From Sedimentisphaerales bacterium (lineage in GTDB: Bacteria; Planctomycetota; Phycisphaerae; Sedimentisphaerales; SM23-30), in NCBI GenBank assembly GCA_963663965.2, contig CAXXFK010000010.1, positions 128,001 to 192,000 on the forward strand: a DNA stretch of 64,000 bases. The letters are read 5' to 3'. Position 1 is the first letter of the stretch. Every line of letters starts with the position of its first letter. The notes under the pieces were generated by a model. The model was not told the origin of the DNA and did no database searches. It was given only the letters and a program-made list of their open reading frames with translations. Positions 7,925 through 18,335 of the stretch are shown here, piece by piece. A program made the translations under genes and the position numbers.

Positions 7925-10309
7925 CTAGGCGGACGGTTTTTCCAGATGATAGGATAGTTCCTGCCTGATTTTGTCCAGTTGATCGACAATCTGTGCGATT
8001 TCCGTATTATTTTCTTCGATCGTCAGATGCTGCAACTTCAGAAACAGATCCGAATATTCATCCAGTCCCGCTTCGTTACAGGTCAGATTCATAATCCGGG
8101 CTACGGTGTTGATCTGTTTGAGATCGTTATTCGATAAGGCCTGCCGTATGGACTCGATCTGTTGCGGCAACTGCTTAAGAAATTCCTCTGTTCGCCAGGT
8201 GGTGTTTGGGATCACCATTTTCTCTGCGTCATTGACGCTGGTCTTCGACGATGCGGAGGGTCGTTCTTTAACCGGTTCCTCTGCCTTGCCCAGATACTTG
8301 GCGATCGTATGTTTAAGGGTGACAAAATCGATCGGTTTGGCCAGATGATCGCAACATCCGGCCTCCAGACTGCTTTGTAAATGCGATTCAAAGGCGTGAG
8401 CGGTCAGAGCGATAATCGGAATATCGATCCCCTGCTGACGGATAGTCCGGGCGGCGTCCAGGCCGTTCATAACCGGCATCTGGATGTCCATCAGGATCAG
8501 ATCGAATGGCTGGCTCGCGGCCTCTTCACAGGCTTCTGCGCCATTGTGTACAATCACACAATCCAGTCCCATTTTCTTTAACAACACTTTGATCAGCATT
8601 TGATTCGAAACATTATCTTCTGCCACCAACACTTTCCCGGCCAGTTGGGTTGTCGACACCGTTGGCTTGACCATGCTCTTTTCAGATTCTGGTGTCTCTG
8701 GGGTTCCTGCAAACTTGGGGTTATATGGGATCGAAAGGGTAAAGATGGATCCTTTTTCCGGTGCGCTGGATATCCCTACGTCCCCGCCCAGCATTCGGGC
8801 CAGACGCTTGGTGATGCTCAAACCCAAACCCGTGCCGCCAAATTGCCGGGTAGTACTGCCGTCGGCCTGGGAAAACGCGTCAAAAATACTGCGCTGCTTC
8901 TCGATGGGAATGCCAATCCCGGTGTCCTTTATCGCGAACTGCAAAACATTGCCGCTTGGATACTGTTCATTGGAAACGATCACATGGACATAGCCGCGTT
9001 CAGTAAATTTGATGGCGTTGTTAATCAGGTTGATCAGACATTGTTTCAGGCGGGTTGGATCGGTCTGGATCATTCCGGGTAATTCGTTTTTGCAGATGAC
9101 TTTGAACTCAAGGCTTTTTTTCTCCGCGGTATGCTTCATAATCGATTCAATACCGGCCAGAATATCCTTCACCTGGATCGCGATGTTCTCGATTTGCAGT
9201 TTTCCGGCCTCGATCTTGGACAAATCGAGTATATCGTTGATAGTGGATGTCAGGTTTTCGGCCGAAAGTTTTATGGTCGAGACAAATTCCTTTTGAGAAG
9301 GCGTAAGATCTTCATTGCAGAGCACGTCGATAAAGCCAATAATCGCGTTGAGAGGCGTTCGAATTTCGTGACTCATATTGGCCAGAAACTGACTTTTCGC
9401 CTTGTTCGCGGCGTCTGCCTGAATGGCCATCCAATTGGCTTGCATCATCGATTCTTCCAACTGACGGTTCACGCGCTCCTTGTCAATGATCGCCTGCTCC
9501 GCCTGATCCCGCGCTGCCGCCAGCGCCTTCAGGGCGTCTTTATATTCGGTAATATTTTCAATATTGGCGATAATCGATTGAATGCTTCCTTTGCCGTCCC
9601 GGATCGCGCTGTAACTGGCCGAAACAAAAATCGTGACGCGATCTTTCTTGGTCAGTTCAAATTCATTATGATAAATCACCCCTTCATGAGGCAATCGGTT
9701 GAGTGCCTTTTGAATGGTGCTATGATAATCAGGTACGACCAATTCGATTAAATTACGGCCTATCAGTTCTTCCGCCTGATAACCGGTCAATTTTATGGCG
9801 CGGTTGTTACAATCCTCGATCACCCCATTCGCGTCCAGAGCCAGCATCAAATCGGGCGCGGTTTGAAAGATGCTGCGAAATTTCAACTCATTCTGTTGCA
9901 GTAACAATTGAGCCTGGCGTTTTTCCAGCAGATGCCGAGACTCGTTCAAGGCCCGTCTCACGATATGAGCCATGGACAATAAGGAGGATTCTGATTTGGG
10001 AATATAATCCAGTGCCCCGGACTTAATAATCTCCACCGCGTGTTTTTCATCACCATGACTGGTCATGAACACTTTGGGGGCATCGGTCTGGTCGATAATA
10101 TCCTGCCCGTTACCATCCGGTAAGATGATATCCGATACGATCATGTCGTAATGGTTTTCCTGAAACAGCTTCCTCGCCTTCTCCAGCGAATCGGTACGGG
10201 TGAGTTCCATTTCATGACCATGATCCTCAAAAGACCTTTGAATCAACCGGGCATGGCCGTCATTATCTTCTATTAGTAATATTTTATATTTCTTGGCCAT
10301 AATATGCAT
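7925..10309 (-). CDS. Hybrid histidine kinase REC-PAS-HisKA-HATPase-REC-(degenerate Hpt)
   Basis: FLANMSHEIRTP, NAIKFT, DTGIGI, GGTGLGL, two receiver domains. Confidence 0.92.
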   Translation of the reverse strand: MHIMAKKYKILLIEDNDGHARLIQRSFEDHGHEMELTRTDSLEKARKLFQENHYDMIVSDIILPDGNGQDIIDQTDAPKVFMTSHGDEKHAVEIIKSGALDYIPKSESSLLSMAHIVRRALNESRHLLEKRQAQLLLQQNELKFRSIFQTAPDLMLALDANGVIEDCNNRAIKLTGYQAEELIGRNLIELVVPDYHSTIQKALNRLPHEGVIYHNEFELTKKDRVTIFVSASYSAIRDGKGSIQSIIANIENITEYKDALKALAAARDQAEQAIIDKERVNRQLEESMMQANWMAIQADAANKAKSQFLANMSHEIRTPLNAIIGFIDVLCNEDLTPSQKEFVSTIKLSAENLTSTINDILDLSKIEAGKLQIENIAIQVKDILAGIESIMKHTAEKKSLEFKVICKNELPGMIQTDPTRLKQCLINLINNAIKFTERGYVHVIVSNEQYPSGNVLQFAIKDTGIGIPIEKQRSIFDAFSQADGSTTRQFGGTGLGLSITKRLARMLGGDVGISSAPEKGSIFTLSIPYNPKFAGTPETPESEKSMVKPTVSTTQLAGKVLVAEDNVSNQMLIKVLLKKMGLDCVIVHNGAEACEEAASQPFDLILMDIQMPVMNGLDAARTIRQQGIDIPIIALTAHAFESHLQSSLEAGCCDHLAKPIDFVTLKHTIAKYLGKAEEPVKERPSASSKTSVNDAEKMVIPNTTWRTEEFLKQLPQQIESIRQALSNNDLKQINTVARIMNLTCNEAGLDEYSDLFLKLQHLTIEENNTEIAQIVDQLDKIRQELSYHLEKPSA

Positions 10310-10602
10310 TTATTATCATAGTTGAAAATGAATAAAAAGACTACTAGACTAAATCTATTATCAGTCTATTTACTGGTGGTATTCACATAATTTTTAGTAA
10401 ATGAACAATTATATTTTGATTTAGTTGCTGAAGATAAATAGTGCGGCACAAATTGGAGTTAATATAAAATTTTATAGTCATTTGGCTCATTATTATTGGC
10501 AATTTAAAATATGTTTCCCAAAAATTTAATGCATTTCCCGTGAAATTGATTAACTTAGCATACGTCATATTCTATAAATCTTGATGGAGATTCCATAACC
10601 CT

Positions 10603-11679
10603 ATGATTGTCAAAGAACTCAAACAATTCTGGTCCATGGTCAAAACGTGCACTGCCATTGTCATGGTCGTCGCCCTCTTTTTCTCAATGATTGAGTGTAT
10701 TCGAGCTTATCAGACCCTCCGGGATTTGCACCTCTGGGCCGGATATGGTTTTCTACTGATCCTCGCGGGTTTAATCATTTGGGCCGTATGGATGCTATAC
10801 CGAGTCAATCATGACCGCCCATTGGTCCTGAAAGTACCCGATCCCGTCCGCGTGCGCAAATACAGCCGCTATCTGTTAAAATATATCCGCAGACTTGAAG
10901 AAAATCCCCAGTTTTCCGTCGACCAGCAGAAACAGATCTTTGAACAGCGGATCAAACTCCAGGAACGGATAAAAAAGGCCAATAGCTCCCGTAAATACAT
11001 GGCCGCCATCGAGTTAGCAGAAAACGAAACCATCCTGCCATCCCTGAAAATTCTCGATGCCGTCGCCGAAAAAACCATACGACAGAGCGTACGCGATATC
11101 ATGCTGGCCGTCACGGTCAGCCCATACCGTTCCATCGATCTGATGGTGGTCATCTACCGCAATATCGGCATGATCCAGAACATCACCACGATCTACAACT
11201 CCCGGCCGCGCCTGCGCGAATCTCTGCTTATCATCTATGACACCATTCGGGTAGTCGCCACCGTCAATTTTGTCAGCCTGAGCGCCAAAATGCTCGAAAA
11301 TGTCACCCGCGGCCTTCCCGGCGCCATTCCCGGTATCAGCCGTATCGTCGATAGCTGCACCGAAGGTCTCTCCGCCGGCCTCTTATCCAGTATCACCGGC
11401 CACGCCGCCAAACACCGCTGCCGTGCCTTCCGCAGGTGGTCCTACCAGGATGCCAAAGAATCCATCGCCATCCACCTCAAAACCTTCACAGCCGATGTCG
11501 GCAAAATGTTCTTTATGGACATCACCCCTCATATCCGCATCCCCGGCGGCCTCACCCTCGAAAAATGGCGCGAAATCAAAGACAACGTCGCCAAAGGATT
11601 TTCCGACACCGTCTCCGGCATCTACGACTTCGTCCGTTCCAAAACCAGAAAACAAGAACCTAAATCCGCCACCGAATGA
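10603..11679 (+). CDS. YcjF/DUF697-like membrane protein
   Basis: Two N-terminal TM helices; AVTVSPY..D, IYNSRP, EGLSAG..G..AK.RCR motifs. Confidence 0.7.
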   Translation: MIVKELKQFWSMVKTCTAIVMVVALFFSMIECIRAYQTLRDLHLWAGYGFLLILAGLIIWAVWMLYRVNHDRPLVLKVPDPVRVRKYSRYLLKYIRRLEENPQFSVDQQKQIFEQRIKLQERIKKANSSRKYMAAIELAENETILPSLKILDAVAEKTIRQSVRDIMLAVTVSPYRSIDLMVVIYRNIGMIQNITTIYNSRPRLRESLLIIYDTIRVVATVNFVSLSAKMLENVTRGLPGAIPGISRIVDSCTEGLSAGLLSSITGHAAKHRCRAFRRWSYQDAKESIAIHLKTFTADVGKMFFMDITPHIRIPGGLTLEKWREIKDNVAKGFSDTVSGIYDFVRSKTRKQEPKSATE

Positions 11680-11688
11680 TCTTTTTAT

Positions 11689-11716
11689 TTGACAGATGCA
11701 AAAATCCCTATAAGAT
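11689..11716 (+). promoter_or_regulatory. sigma70-like promoter of tRNA-Gly
   Basis: TTGACA-N16-TAAGAT just upstream of the tRNA. Confidence 0.5.
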
Positions 11717-11732
11717 AGGCCCTTAACACTAT

Positions 11733-11803
11733 GCGGGTGTAGCTTAGTGGTAAAGCTCCAGCCTTCCAAGCTGGCCATGTCGGTTCGATTCCGATCACCC
11801 GCT
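11733..11803 (+). tRNA. tRNA-Gly(TCC), CCA not encoded
   Basis: Acceptor GCGGGTG/CACCCGC, anticodon arm CCAGC-CTTCCAA-GCTGG, GGTTCGATT T-loop. Confidence 0.95.
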
Positions 11804-12116
11804 TTCTTATTTCCAGTTCTGCCTTGTCCTCATTATCATCTTCCTTTCTTTAAAATCTTAGGCTTGATCTCCGAGTTATATTCCATTAACAATTGATAAT
11901 AACCACTGGGCCGCGAATCATGTCTTTTCTAGTAATGCCTTAACTTAAGAGCGATCAGACATTTACATACCTGATAGATATAACTTTGCGCTTTGCAGAA
12001 AAGCAGTCAACTGCTTGGATACCAATATGGAACGGCATTATTTTCCAACACCAAATCCCAATTACGATACGCGAAATACGCGTCCCTGACCATTTATAAC
12101 TTCTCTAACGCTCCTT

Positions 12117-13556
12117 TCAAGGATGATCTTTCTTGCGATGGACAACAAAGCGTTGATGCATCGCTTTGACCAGGTCTGGATAGTCTTTAGCGAGGTTGTT
12201 TTTTTCTTCCGGGTCCAGTCGAAGGTTATAAAGCTGCCAGTCTTCTGGTGACGAAGGTTCCTTGCGGCTGTATCGGACAATTTTCCAGTCATGATGCAGC
12301 AGGGCCCAGCGATCTGTCTGCGGATGCCAGATCCAGTAAATATCGCGATCCGGCAATGGGTCGTCTTTAAAAATAGCTGGACTCAGATCGATCCCATCCC
12401 AGGAGATTGGGGCCGCCGCCTGATAATCGACAATTCGCGCCAGGGTAGGAAACCAGTCAACAATGTGTACCGGTGTGTCTAGCTGTCCGGATTTGATACG
12501 GTCTGGCCAGTTGATAAATCCGGCCACATGAACACCGCCTTCCCAGACATCGAGTTTCCGGCCTCGCCAATGCGCGGGCTGATTATAATCCTTCAACGGA
12601 ATATCATCCGGATACCCACCCCCATTACTGTTACGCCAGGGGCCATTATCGGAAGAAAACATAATGAGTGTGTTTTCTCGCTGACCGGAACGTTCCAGTG
12701 CCTTGACAATATCTCCGATTGCGCTGTCGAGATGATAAACCGTTGCCAGCAGCAACCGCTTATCCCGCGATGGTTCCGATTGGATAATCCCTGCGGGATC
12801 GTTGAACCATTTGATTTTATCTTCGTTCAGCCAGCGTTTTGGATTATCCGGATCTGGTTGTGTCGGTGTGTCGATAAATTCGCCGCGCTCATCCAGGGGT
12901 AAATGGGGGGCATGAAACGCCAGATAAAGAAAAAAAGGAGTCGTGCGTTTTTTTTCAATAAACCGAATCGCTTCCCGACTAATCAAGTCGGTGACATGAG
13001 TGCCGTTTTCATAGCCGGGTATGATCTCATGGTCTCGGTGCCATGTTGGATCATATTGGGGATGCCCGCCCGCCTTATACAGATGATTATACATACCAAC
13101 GGCCCCGGCCAGTGAACCATAACTATGGTCAAACCCAAAATGATTAGGGCCATATTCCGGCATCGAGCCCAGATGCCACTTGCCGCAAATCTGCGTATCG
13201 TATCCCAGTTTTTGCAGCATAGTCGCTATGGTTGCGGTGCCATGAGGGATAACCGGTTCATTACTGGCTACCAGCGCCTGTTTGCTGAACCGACCTGGAT
13301 AACGTCCGGTAAGTAGCGCGACTCGGGTAGGCGTGCATTGCGGCATCACATAATGATTGGTCAAACGAATACCGCTTTCGGCCAGCTTATCCAGATTAGG
13401 GGTATAGACTTCAGGATTATGATAGCCGATATCGGCCCAACCCTGATCGTCACTGATGATAATAACCACATTCGGCCGTTCCGCGGCAAAACAGCTTAGA
13501 GAGATGGCAGCGAGGCTGCAACAAATACTAAAGAGTTGTACGATATATCGATTCAT
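12117..13556 (-). CDS. Secreted S1-family (aryl)sulfatase
   Basis: Signal peptide, SDDQG, CTPTR formylglycine motif, GKWHLG, SDNG. Confidence 0.93.
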   Translation of the reverse strand: MNRYIVQLFSICCSLAAISLSCFAAERPNVVIIISDDQGWADIGYHNPEVYTPNLDKLAESGIRLTNHYVMPQCTPTRVALLTGRYPGRFSKQALVASNEPVIPHGTATIATMLQKLGYDTQICGKWHLGSMPEYGPNHFGFDHSYGSLAGAVGMYNHLYKAGGHPQYDPTWHRDHEIIPGYENGTHVTDLISREAIRFIEKKRTTPFFLYLAFHAPHLPLDERGEFIDTPTQPDPDNPKRWLNEDKIKWFNDPAGIIQSEPSRDKRLLLATVYHLDSAIGDIVKALERSGQRENTLIMFSSDNGPWRNSNGGGYPDDIPLKDYNQPAHWRGRKLDVWEGGVHVAGFINWPDRIKSGQLDTPVHIVDWFPTLARIVDYQAAAPISWDGIDLSPAIFKDDPLPDRDIYWIWHPQTDRWALLHHDWKIVRYSRKEPSSPEDWQLYNLRLDPEEKNNLAKDYPDLVKAMHQRFVVHRKKDHP

Positions 13557-13579
13557 GGGTATAGTCCGGTTTCAATGAG

Positions 13580-14797
13580 TTATCTCTCGGTCAATTTACC
13601 ATTCGCATTTGAATATGCTCGCTTGATCGTATCATACTGATCGTTAGCTTGCAAGCAATCGGATAGTTCCTTATTGTTCGTGGCATTTTCAAGCCGATAC
13701 ATCTCGCTGGCAGCCAGTAGCAACGCCCCGGTTCCATAAGGCATCGTATTATCCCTGTTATAATGGACCGGTTTATCTCCGACGGGTTGAACACCTGTGA
13801 ATTTTCCATCCGCCTGAACATAGGTTGCCAGCGACTGCCAACCCTTCTGGATAACCGGCTCAAAACGCTCACGATCAATAATCTTTTCATTGACCGCATA
13901 GGCCAGTCCATAAATAAAAAAGGCGCTGCCGCTGGTCTCCGCCTGAGGATGTCCTTCAGCATACAGCAGACTTGAACGCCATAGTCCATCGTCACCCTGG
14001 ATCTCTGCCAGCTTAAGACACATCTCCCGTAATTGCTGTTCGTATCGTGGTCGAATAGGATCATCCATGGATAGATATTGCAAAACGCGCACCAGTCCGC
14101 CAACGACCCAGCCGTTTCCACGGCTCCAGAACACTTTCTGACCATTGGGTTCCCTTCGGTTAAACCAGAAATGATCACGATAATATAAATGTGCATCTTG
14201 ATCGTAATAAAAATCTGAACATGTCCACCACCATTGATGCAAAAAATCAAGATATTTCTCATCGCCGGTAATTTTCCCTAACCGGGCATAGGTCGGAGGC
14301 GACATGAACAGGGCATCACACCAACTCCACTTAAACTGATTCTTGCCCACGAACTCCAAATTATTATCTTGAGTAGCCACTATTTCGATGACTTTGTCTA
14401 GCGCTTTCTGCGTCGGCTTCAACATGGCAGCATCGCGCTTGATTTCATACATTTCCAGCCAGGCCTGAGGGGTGCAATGATCATTTCCCTTCCAGGCGGT
14501 GCTTATCACTTTCCAGTTTTCGCGCTTGCCGACCTCGTAAACCTGATCAATAAACCAGGTATCGCCTGTTGCTTTGCCTACTGCCATCATACCATTCCAG
14601 AATGGCCCCTGGATCCAATCCCCCACCGGCGATTGATGCGGATGATCCAGTTGCCACTGGGCAACCCGGCGGACAAGCTGAGGTATATGTTCCTCGCAGA
14701 TCATCGGGGCGGGCGGGGATTCTGCAATGAGTGTACTGACTGACAGAATAAAAATGAATGCGATCAAGCTGAAGCTGGAATTCCACGTCTGCATCAC
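13580..14797 (-). CDS. GH105/GH88 unsaturated uronyl hydrolase
   Basis: Signal peptide; WSWCDALFM, FWSRGNGW, ETSGSA, YGTGALLLA. Confidence 0.9.
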   Translation of the reverse strand: MMQTWNSSFSLIAFIFILSVSTLIAESPPAPMICEEHIPQLVRRVAQWQLDHPHQSPVGDWIQGPFWNGMMAVGKATGDTWFIDQVYEVGKRENWKVISTAWKGNDHCTPQAWLEMYEIKRDAAMLKPTQKALDKVIEIVATQDNNLEFVGKNQFKWSWCDALFMSPPTYARLGKITGDEKYLDFLHQWWWTCSDFYYDQDAHLYYRDHFWFNRREPNGQKVFWSRGNGWVVGGLVRVLQYLSMDDPIRPRYEQQLREMCLKLAEIQGDDGLWRSSLLYAEGHPQAETSGSAFFIYGLAYAVNEKIIDRERFEPVIQKGWQSLATYVQADGKFTGVQPVGDKPVHYNRDNTMPYGTGALLLAASEMYRLENATNNKELSDCLQANDQYDTIKRAYSNANGKLTER

Positions 14798-14806
14798 GGT
14801 TTCTCC

Positions 14807-15605
14807 TTAAGTTAGGAGCCGCGCATAAGTAACTGCTACATTTATCACACAGCTTGTTGTCAGATTCAGTCGCGCCGATTGAGCGAAACCGCAGGCAGTG
14901 CGATTCTATGTCGAGGATTTCGCGAGTGAGAAGCGGCTGAAGATGGCGGCAAGATGGGATGAAAAATGGAGGTGTTATTTTTGCGCGGTTCCTTAATAAT
15001 TGACATGAGTTAATCTGTTCTTCGCTTAACGAAATATGTATCGCGGCCAGATTTTCCTGGAGTTGTTCAATCCTGCTTACTCCTGTGACAGGAATCACTT
15101 GAAGATTTTGGTGATGCATCAGCCAGGCCAGGTAGTTACTGGCTCCCAGAAAACGCGCTTTCCCGTCGCGCACTAGCCGGTTAAAAGCCTCCAGAGTTTC
15201 TTCCAGCGGCGTATCCCGATCATCGGCGTGAGAGTAGTATAAATCAATAGAGTCAGTACCCAGACGCTGGAGACTATGTTCGCACTCAGCAATAATTTGA
15301 GAGGCTTTAAGACCTTTCTTCACTCCCGGCATGGGCAGGCCCACTTTGGTGGCAATAAACACCTTATCACGATAATGTCGCTCTTTCATCCAGCGACCTA
15401 TCAGCGCCTCGCTTTCTCCCCCGGCGCATCCGTCTATCCAGCTGGCGTATTTATTGGCCGTATCGAAAAAATACCCACCGGCCTGAATATACTCATTTAA
15501 TATGGCATAAGCAGTATCCTGAGTGATCGTGCTGCCAAAATACATCGTTCCCAGGCAAATCTGGCTCACTTTGGCATGAGTGTTTCCAAGTGGGATTGTT
15601 TTCAT
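14807..15605 (-). pseudogene. Aldo/keto reductase, internally deleted and separated from its stop codon by a MITE
   Basis: GTMYFG, DTANKY, ATKVG, IDLYYSH, GASNY followed directly by C-terminal LAWL..VIP.TG..EQL.EN. Confidence 0.8.
14815..14992. mobile_element. MITE, 178 bp, TTA target duplication
   Basis: Left GGAGCCGCGCATAAGTAAC; right end reverse complement GGAACCGCGCAAAAATAAC; TTA at 14812..14814 and 14993..14995. Confidence 0.8.
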
Positions 15606-15616
15606 AACCTTATTCG

Positions 15617-16864
15617 TTAAAACCGATAGTCTCTAGCAGTATCAAAAATCGCCAGTATCTTCTCCGGCGGTATATCCGCCTGAATATTGTGTATCGTAGC
15701 GAATACATAGCCTCCATCCCGCCCCAGCAGTTCGATACGGTCACGAACCTCGCTTTTAATATCGTCAATCGCGCCAAATGGCAATGTCGTCTGTGTTTCC
15801 ACTCCGCCCCCCCAGAAAGCGATATTATCGCCGTACTTCTTTTTGATCCTTTCTGGATCCATACCCCGCGCGTTGGTTTGCAGCGGATTCAGGATATCGA
15901 TACCGATTTCAATAAAATCCGGCAGGATTTCTTCAATAGCCCCGTCGCAATGGATGAAGATTTTAGCATTGGTTCGCGCCTTAACGAACTCGATCCACTT
16001 TTTCTGTCGGGGCTTGATCATTTCCCGATAAATACCCGGCGAGACTTGCAGGGCGTCCTGGGCCCCAATGTCGTCATTCAACTGTATCGCGCATAGATAC
16101 GGACCGGCGATCTTAAGATAGGAGTCCAGTATGTCCATATCATGCTCCAGCATCCGATCCATCCAGTATTCCATCAGATCCCGTTTGAGCATCAGATTCA
16201 TCATATAGGTTTCGAACCCAAACAGAGCGACGCCAATCTCCAGAAACGAACAGTTCAACAGGGGCAATCCTCCAAACAGCGCCTTGTCGCTCTGACGATA
16301 AAACCGGTCAATCTGCTGTTCTAAAAAAGCGTCTTCGCGTTCGCTCCAGGGATCGGGAAACTCCCAGGCATCGATATCAGCCGTAGTCTCAGCATGCTGT
16401 AATGGCGCCGCGCAAACATCAAAATATAGCGAATTCAAAGGTCGGCGCGCCATAACCCGGCCGTCACGTTCAATCTCAATGGTTCCATCATCCAGAAATA
16501 CCGGATCGTAAGCATCCGGTACCATACAAGTGGCGCCATCGGTCAGTTGCCCCGATTTCCAGCGATCCAGTGTCAAAAAGGGCATGCCTGTCGTAGGCCC
16601 CAATCGATTCAACTGGATGACATCCCCTCCCAGACGATCGATCATTTCCAATGATGGCAGCGCGAGTTGCTGCTTAATATCATATAATCGGATAATCTCT
16701 TTCATGCCCAGATGATTTAACAGATTGTTATACGCGATCGCGGCGATTCCCGACACCCGGGTAGCCCCAAAATCGATAGGAACACGATCCACAGGGTCGC
16801 GATCAAGTGCGGCCAGCACGCGTTGACGGGAGGTCATGGTTGTCATAAAGCTATACCTTTTCAA
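15617..16864 (-). CDS. Uroporphyrinogen decarboxylase/MtaA-CmuA family protein (start probably MTSRQRV)
   Basis: DRVPID, NDDIG.Q, IHCDG, LNPLQ, FWGGG, HNIQ.D.PPE. Confidence 0.85.
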   Translation of the reverse strand: MKRYSFMTTMTSRQRVLAALDRDPVDRVPIDFGATRVSGIAAIAYNNLLNHLGMKEIIRLYDIKQQLALPSLEMIDRLGGDVIQLNRLGPTTGMPFLTLDRWKSGQLTDGATCMVPDAYDPVFLDDGTIEIERDGRVMARRPLNSLYFDVCAAPLQHAETTADIDAWEFPDPWSEREDAFLEQQIDRFYRQSDKALFGGLPLLNCSFLEIGVALFGFETYMMNLMLKRDLMEYWMDRMLEHDMDILDSYLKIAGPYLCAIQLNDDIGAQDALQVSPGIYREMIKPRQKKWIEFVKARTNAKIFIHCDGAIEEILPDFIEIGIDILNPLQTNARGMDPERIKKKYGDNIAFWGGGVETQTTLPFGAIDDIKSEVRDRIELLGRDGGYVFATIHNIQADIPPEKILAIFDTARDYRF

Positions 16865-18146
16865 TAGTAGCGGAACTTGGTTTTTCTTTGATCAGCAGAT
16901 GGATGCAAAAAATAGCCAGAGGATGCAGAAAACCCATCAAAATAAAAATTGGAACATAACCGAAATACTTGACAATGAAACCAGGTGCCAGGGACGAAAA
17001 AATGATGCCCCCCAGTCCGCCGGCAAAACCGCCCAGCCCTGTAACCGAGGCGACCGCCGACGCCGGGAAACAATCGGACGCCAGCGTAAATATGTTAGCC
17101 GACCAGCCGCTATGGGCGCCCGCGGCCAGACTGACCAATACAATGACCAGCCAGGGATGCGAGGTAAATCCGCTTAAGGCGGTTATCGGCAGACAAAGAG
17201 CGCAAAGCAGCATAACCCGTTTACGAGCCCGAAAATCCGGCACACCGCGCCCCATCAGCCATCCGGCATACCAGCCGGCCAGGTTACTGAGCAAAATAGC
17301 CACCCCATAAATCACCGGCATGGCAAATCCAATGCCTTTAATATCGAATCCATGCCGGTCATATAGGAATTTGGGCAGCCAGAAAATATAAAACCACCAG
17401 ACCGGATCGGCGCAAAACTTACCGATTACGATAGCCCAGACGCGTCGATCCTTTAATAAATCACGCCAGCGTACAGACGACCCGGAACCCGCGGATAAAT
17501 CCGGCTGACTGGATGGCCCAACTTCAGACGCCAGATGATATGGATGGCGGTACATCATCAGCCAGAATAACGCCAGAACCAGGCCACATGCGCCAAATAT
17601 GACAAATGTCCAGCGCCAGCCCACCGCCAGTGTCAATAAAGCGATCAGCGGCGGCCCGGCCACCAGCGAAATATGCGGCCCGCTGTTAAACAGCGAAGTC
17701 GCCAGTGCCCGTTCACGCGGATGAAACCACTCCGCCACCGCTTTGATTGCCGCCGGAAAATTTCCGCTTTCGGTCAGCCCCAGCGCGCCCCGCCAGAAAC
17801 CCAAAGACCATACCGACCGGCTCAACCCCGTCAACATACCCGCCAGCGACCAGGTAACAATCGATAGCAGATATCCCAGACGCGTGCCCAGACGGTCGAT
17901 AATACTACCGGCAAAAACAAAGCCCACGGTATATAGCAGGGTAAAAGCCGTCAAAATATATCCATATTTCACCTCATCCAGTGCCAACTCGTCGCATACC
18001 GCCTTGGAAGCCACCGACAAAATAATCCTGTCAGCATAATTGATCGTTGTGGCCAGAAAAACCAGCAACAGAATAAACCAGCGATAGGATGGATATCCCG
18101 TCTGATCCGATTCCAGTAAAGAGGGTTGTCTGTCATATTGCGTCAT
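16851..18146 (-). CDS. MFS transporter, ExuT/hexuronate-like
   Basis: INYADR, ESGNFPAAIKAVAEWF, DPVWWFYIFWLP. Confidence 0.88.
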   Translation of the reverse strand: MTQYDRQPSLLESDQTGYPSYRWFILLLVFLATTINYADRIILSVASKAVCDELALDEVKYGYILTAFTLLYTVGFVFAGSIIDRLGTRLGYLLSIVTWSLAGMLTGLSRSVWSLGFWRGALGLTESGNFPAAIKAVAEWFHPRERALATSLFNSGPHISLVAGPPLIALLTLAVGWRWTFVIFGACGLVLALFWLMMYRHPYHLASEVGPSSQPDLSAGSGSSVRWRDLLKDRRVWAIVIGKFCADPVWWFYIFWLPKFLYDRHGFDIKGIGFAMPVIYGVAILLSNLAGWYAGWLMGRGVPDFRARKRVMLLCALCLPITALSGFTSHPWLVIVLVSLAAGAHSGWSANIFTLASDCFPASAVASVTGLGGFAGGLGGIIFSSLAPGFIVKYFGYVPIFILMGFLHPLAIFCIHLLIKEKPSSATIEKV

Positions 18147-18174
18147 TGGTCAGTCAATTTCTGGCAAAACTTAA

Positions 18175-18335
18175 GGGTACCTCAAAAAATTGCTTTAGAG
18201 GCGAAAGCGAGGATGGTTTTTCTCTGGCAAGGAACAAAGAATCGGGCATATTCGTCAATATTCACGGTTTTTTGTGATGCAGTCCAGAGGGAAATCAGGC
18301 CGCTTGCAGCCCTGAATGAACTATTAGAGGTTCCC
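18175..18335. mobile_element. MITE, 161 bp, TTAA target duplication (IS5-like ends)
   Basis: Left GGGTACCTCAAAAAATT; right reverse complement GGGAACCTCTAATAGTT; TTAA at 18171..18174 and 18336..18339. Confidence 0.8.

Noticed and set aside
10603..11679. ycjF-like gene without its usual ycjX partner as a novel system
   Set aside because: The partner may lie elsewhere in the genome; absence from the window is uninformative
11946..12112. Possible third MITE starting TTAAGAGCG
   Set aside because: Only about 5 bp of inverted match at the other end and no target duplication
14547..14992. C-terminal ~150 aa of the 352-aa AKR ORF as a novel fused domain
   Set aside because: It is read-through across a MITE and out-of-frame GH105 sequence
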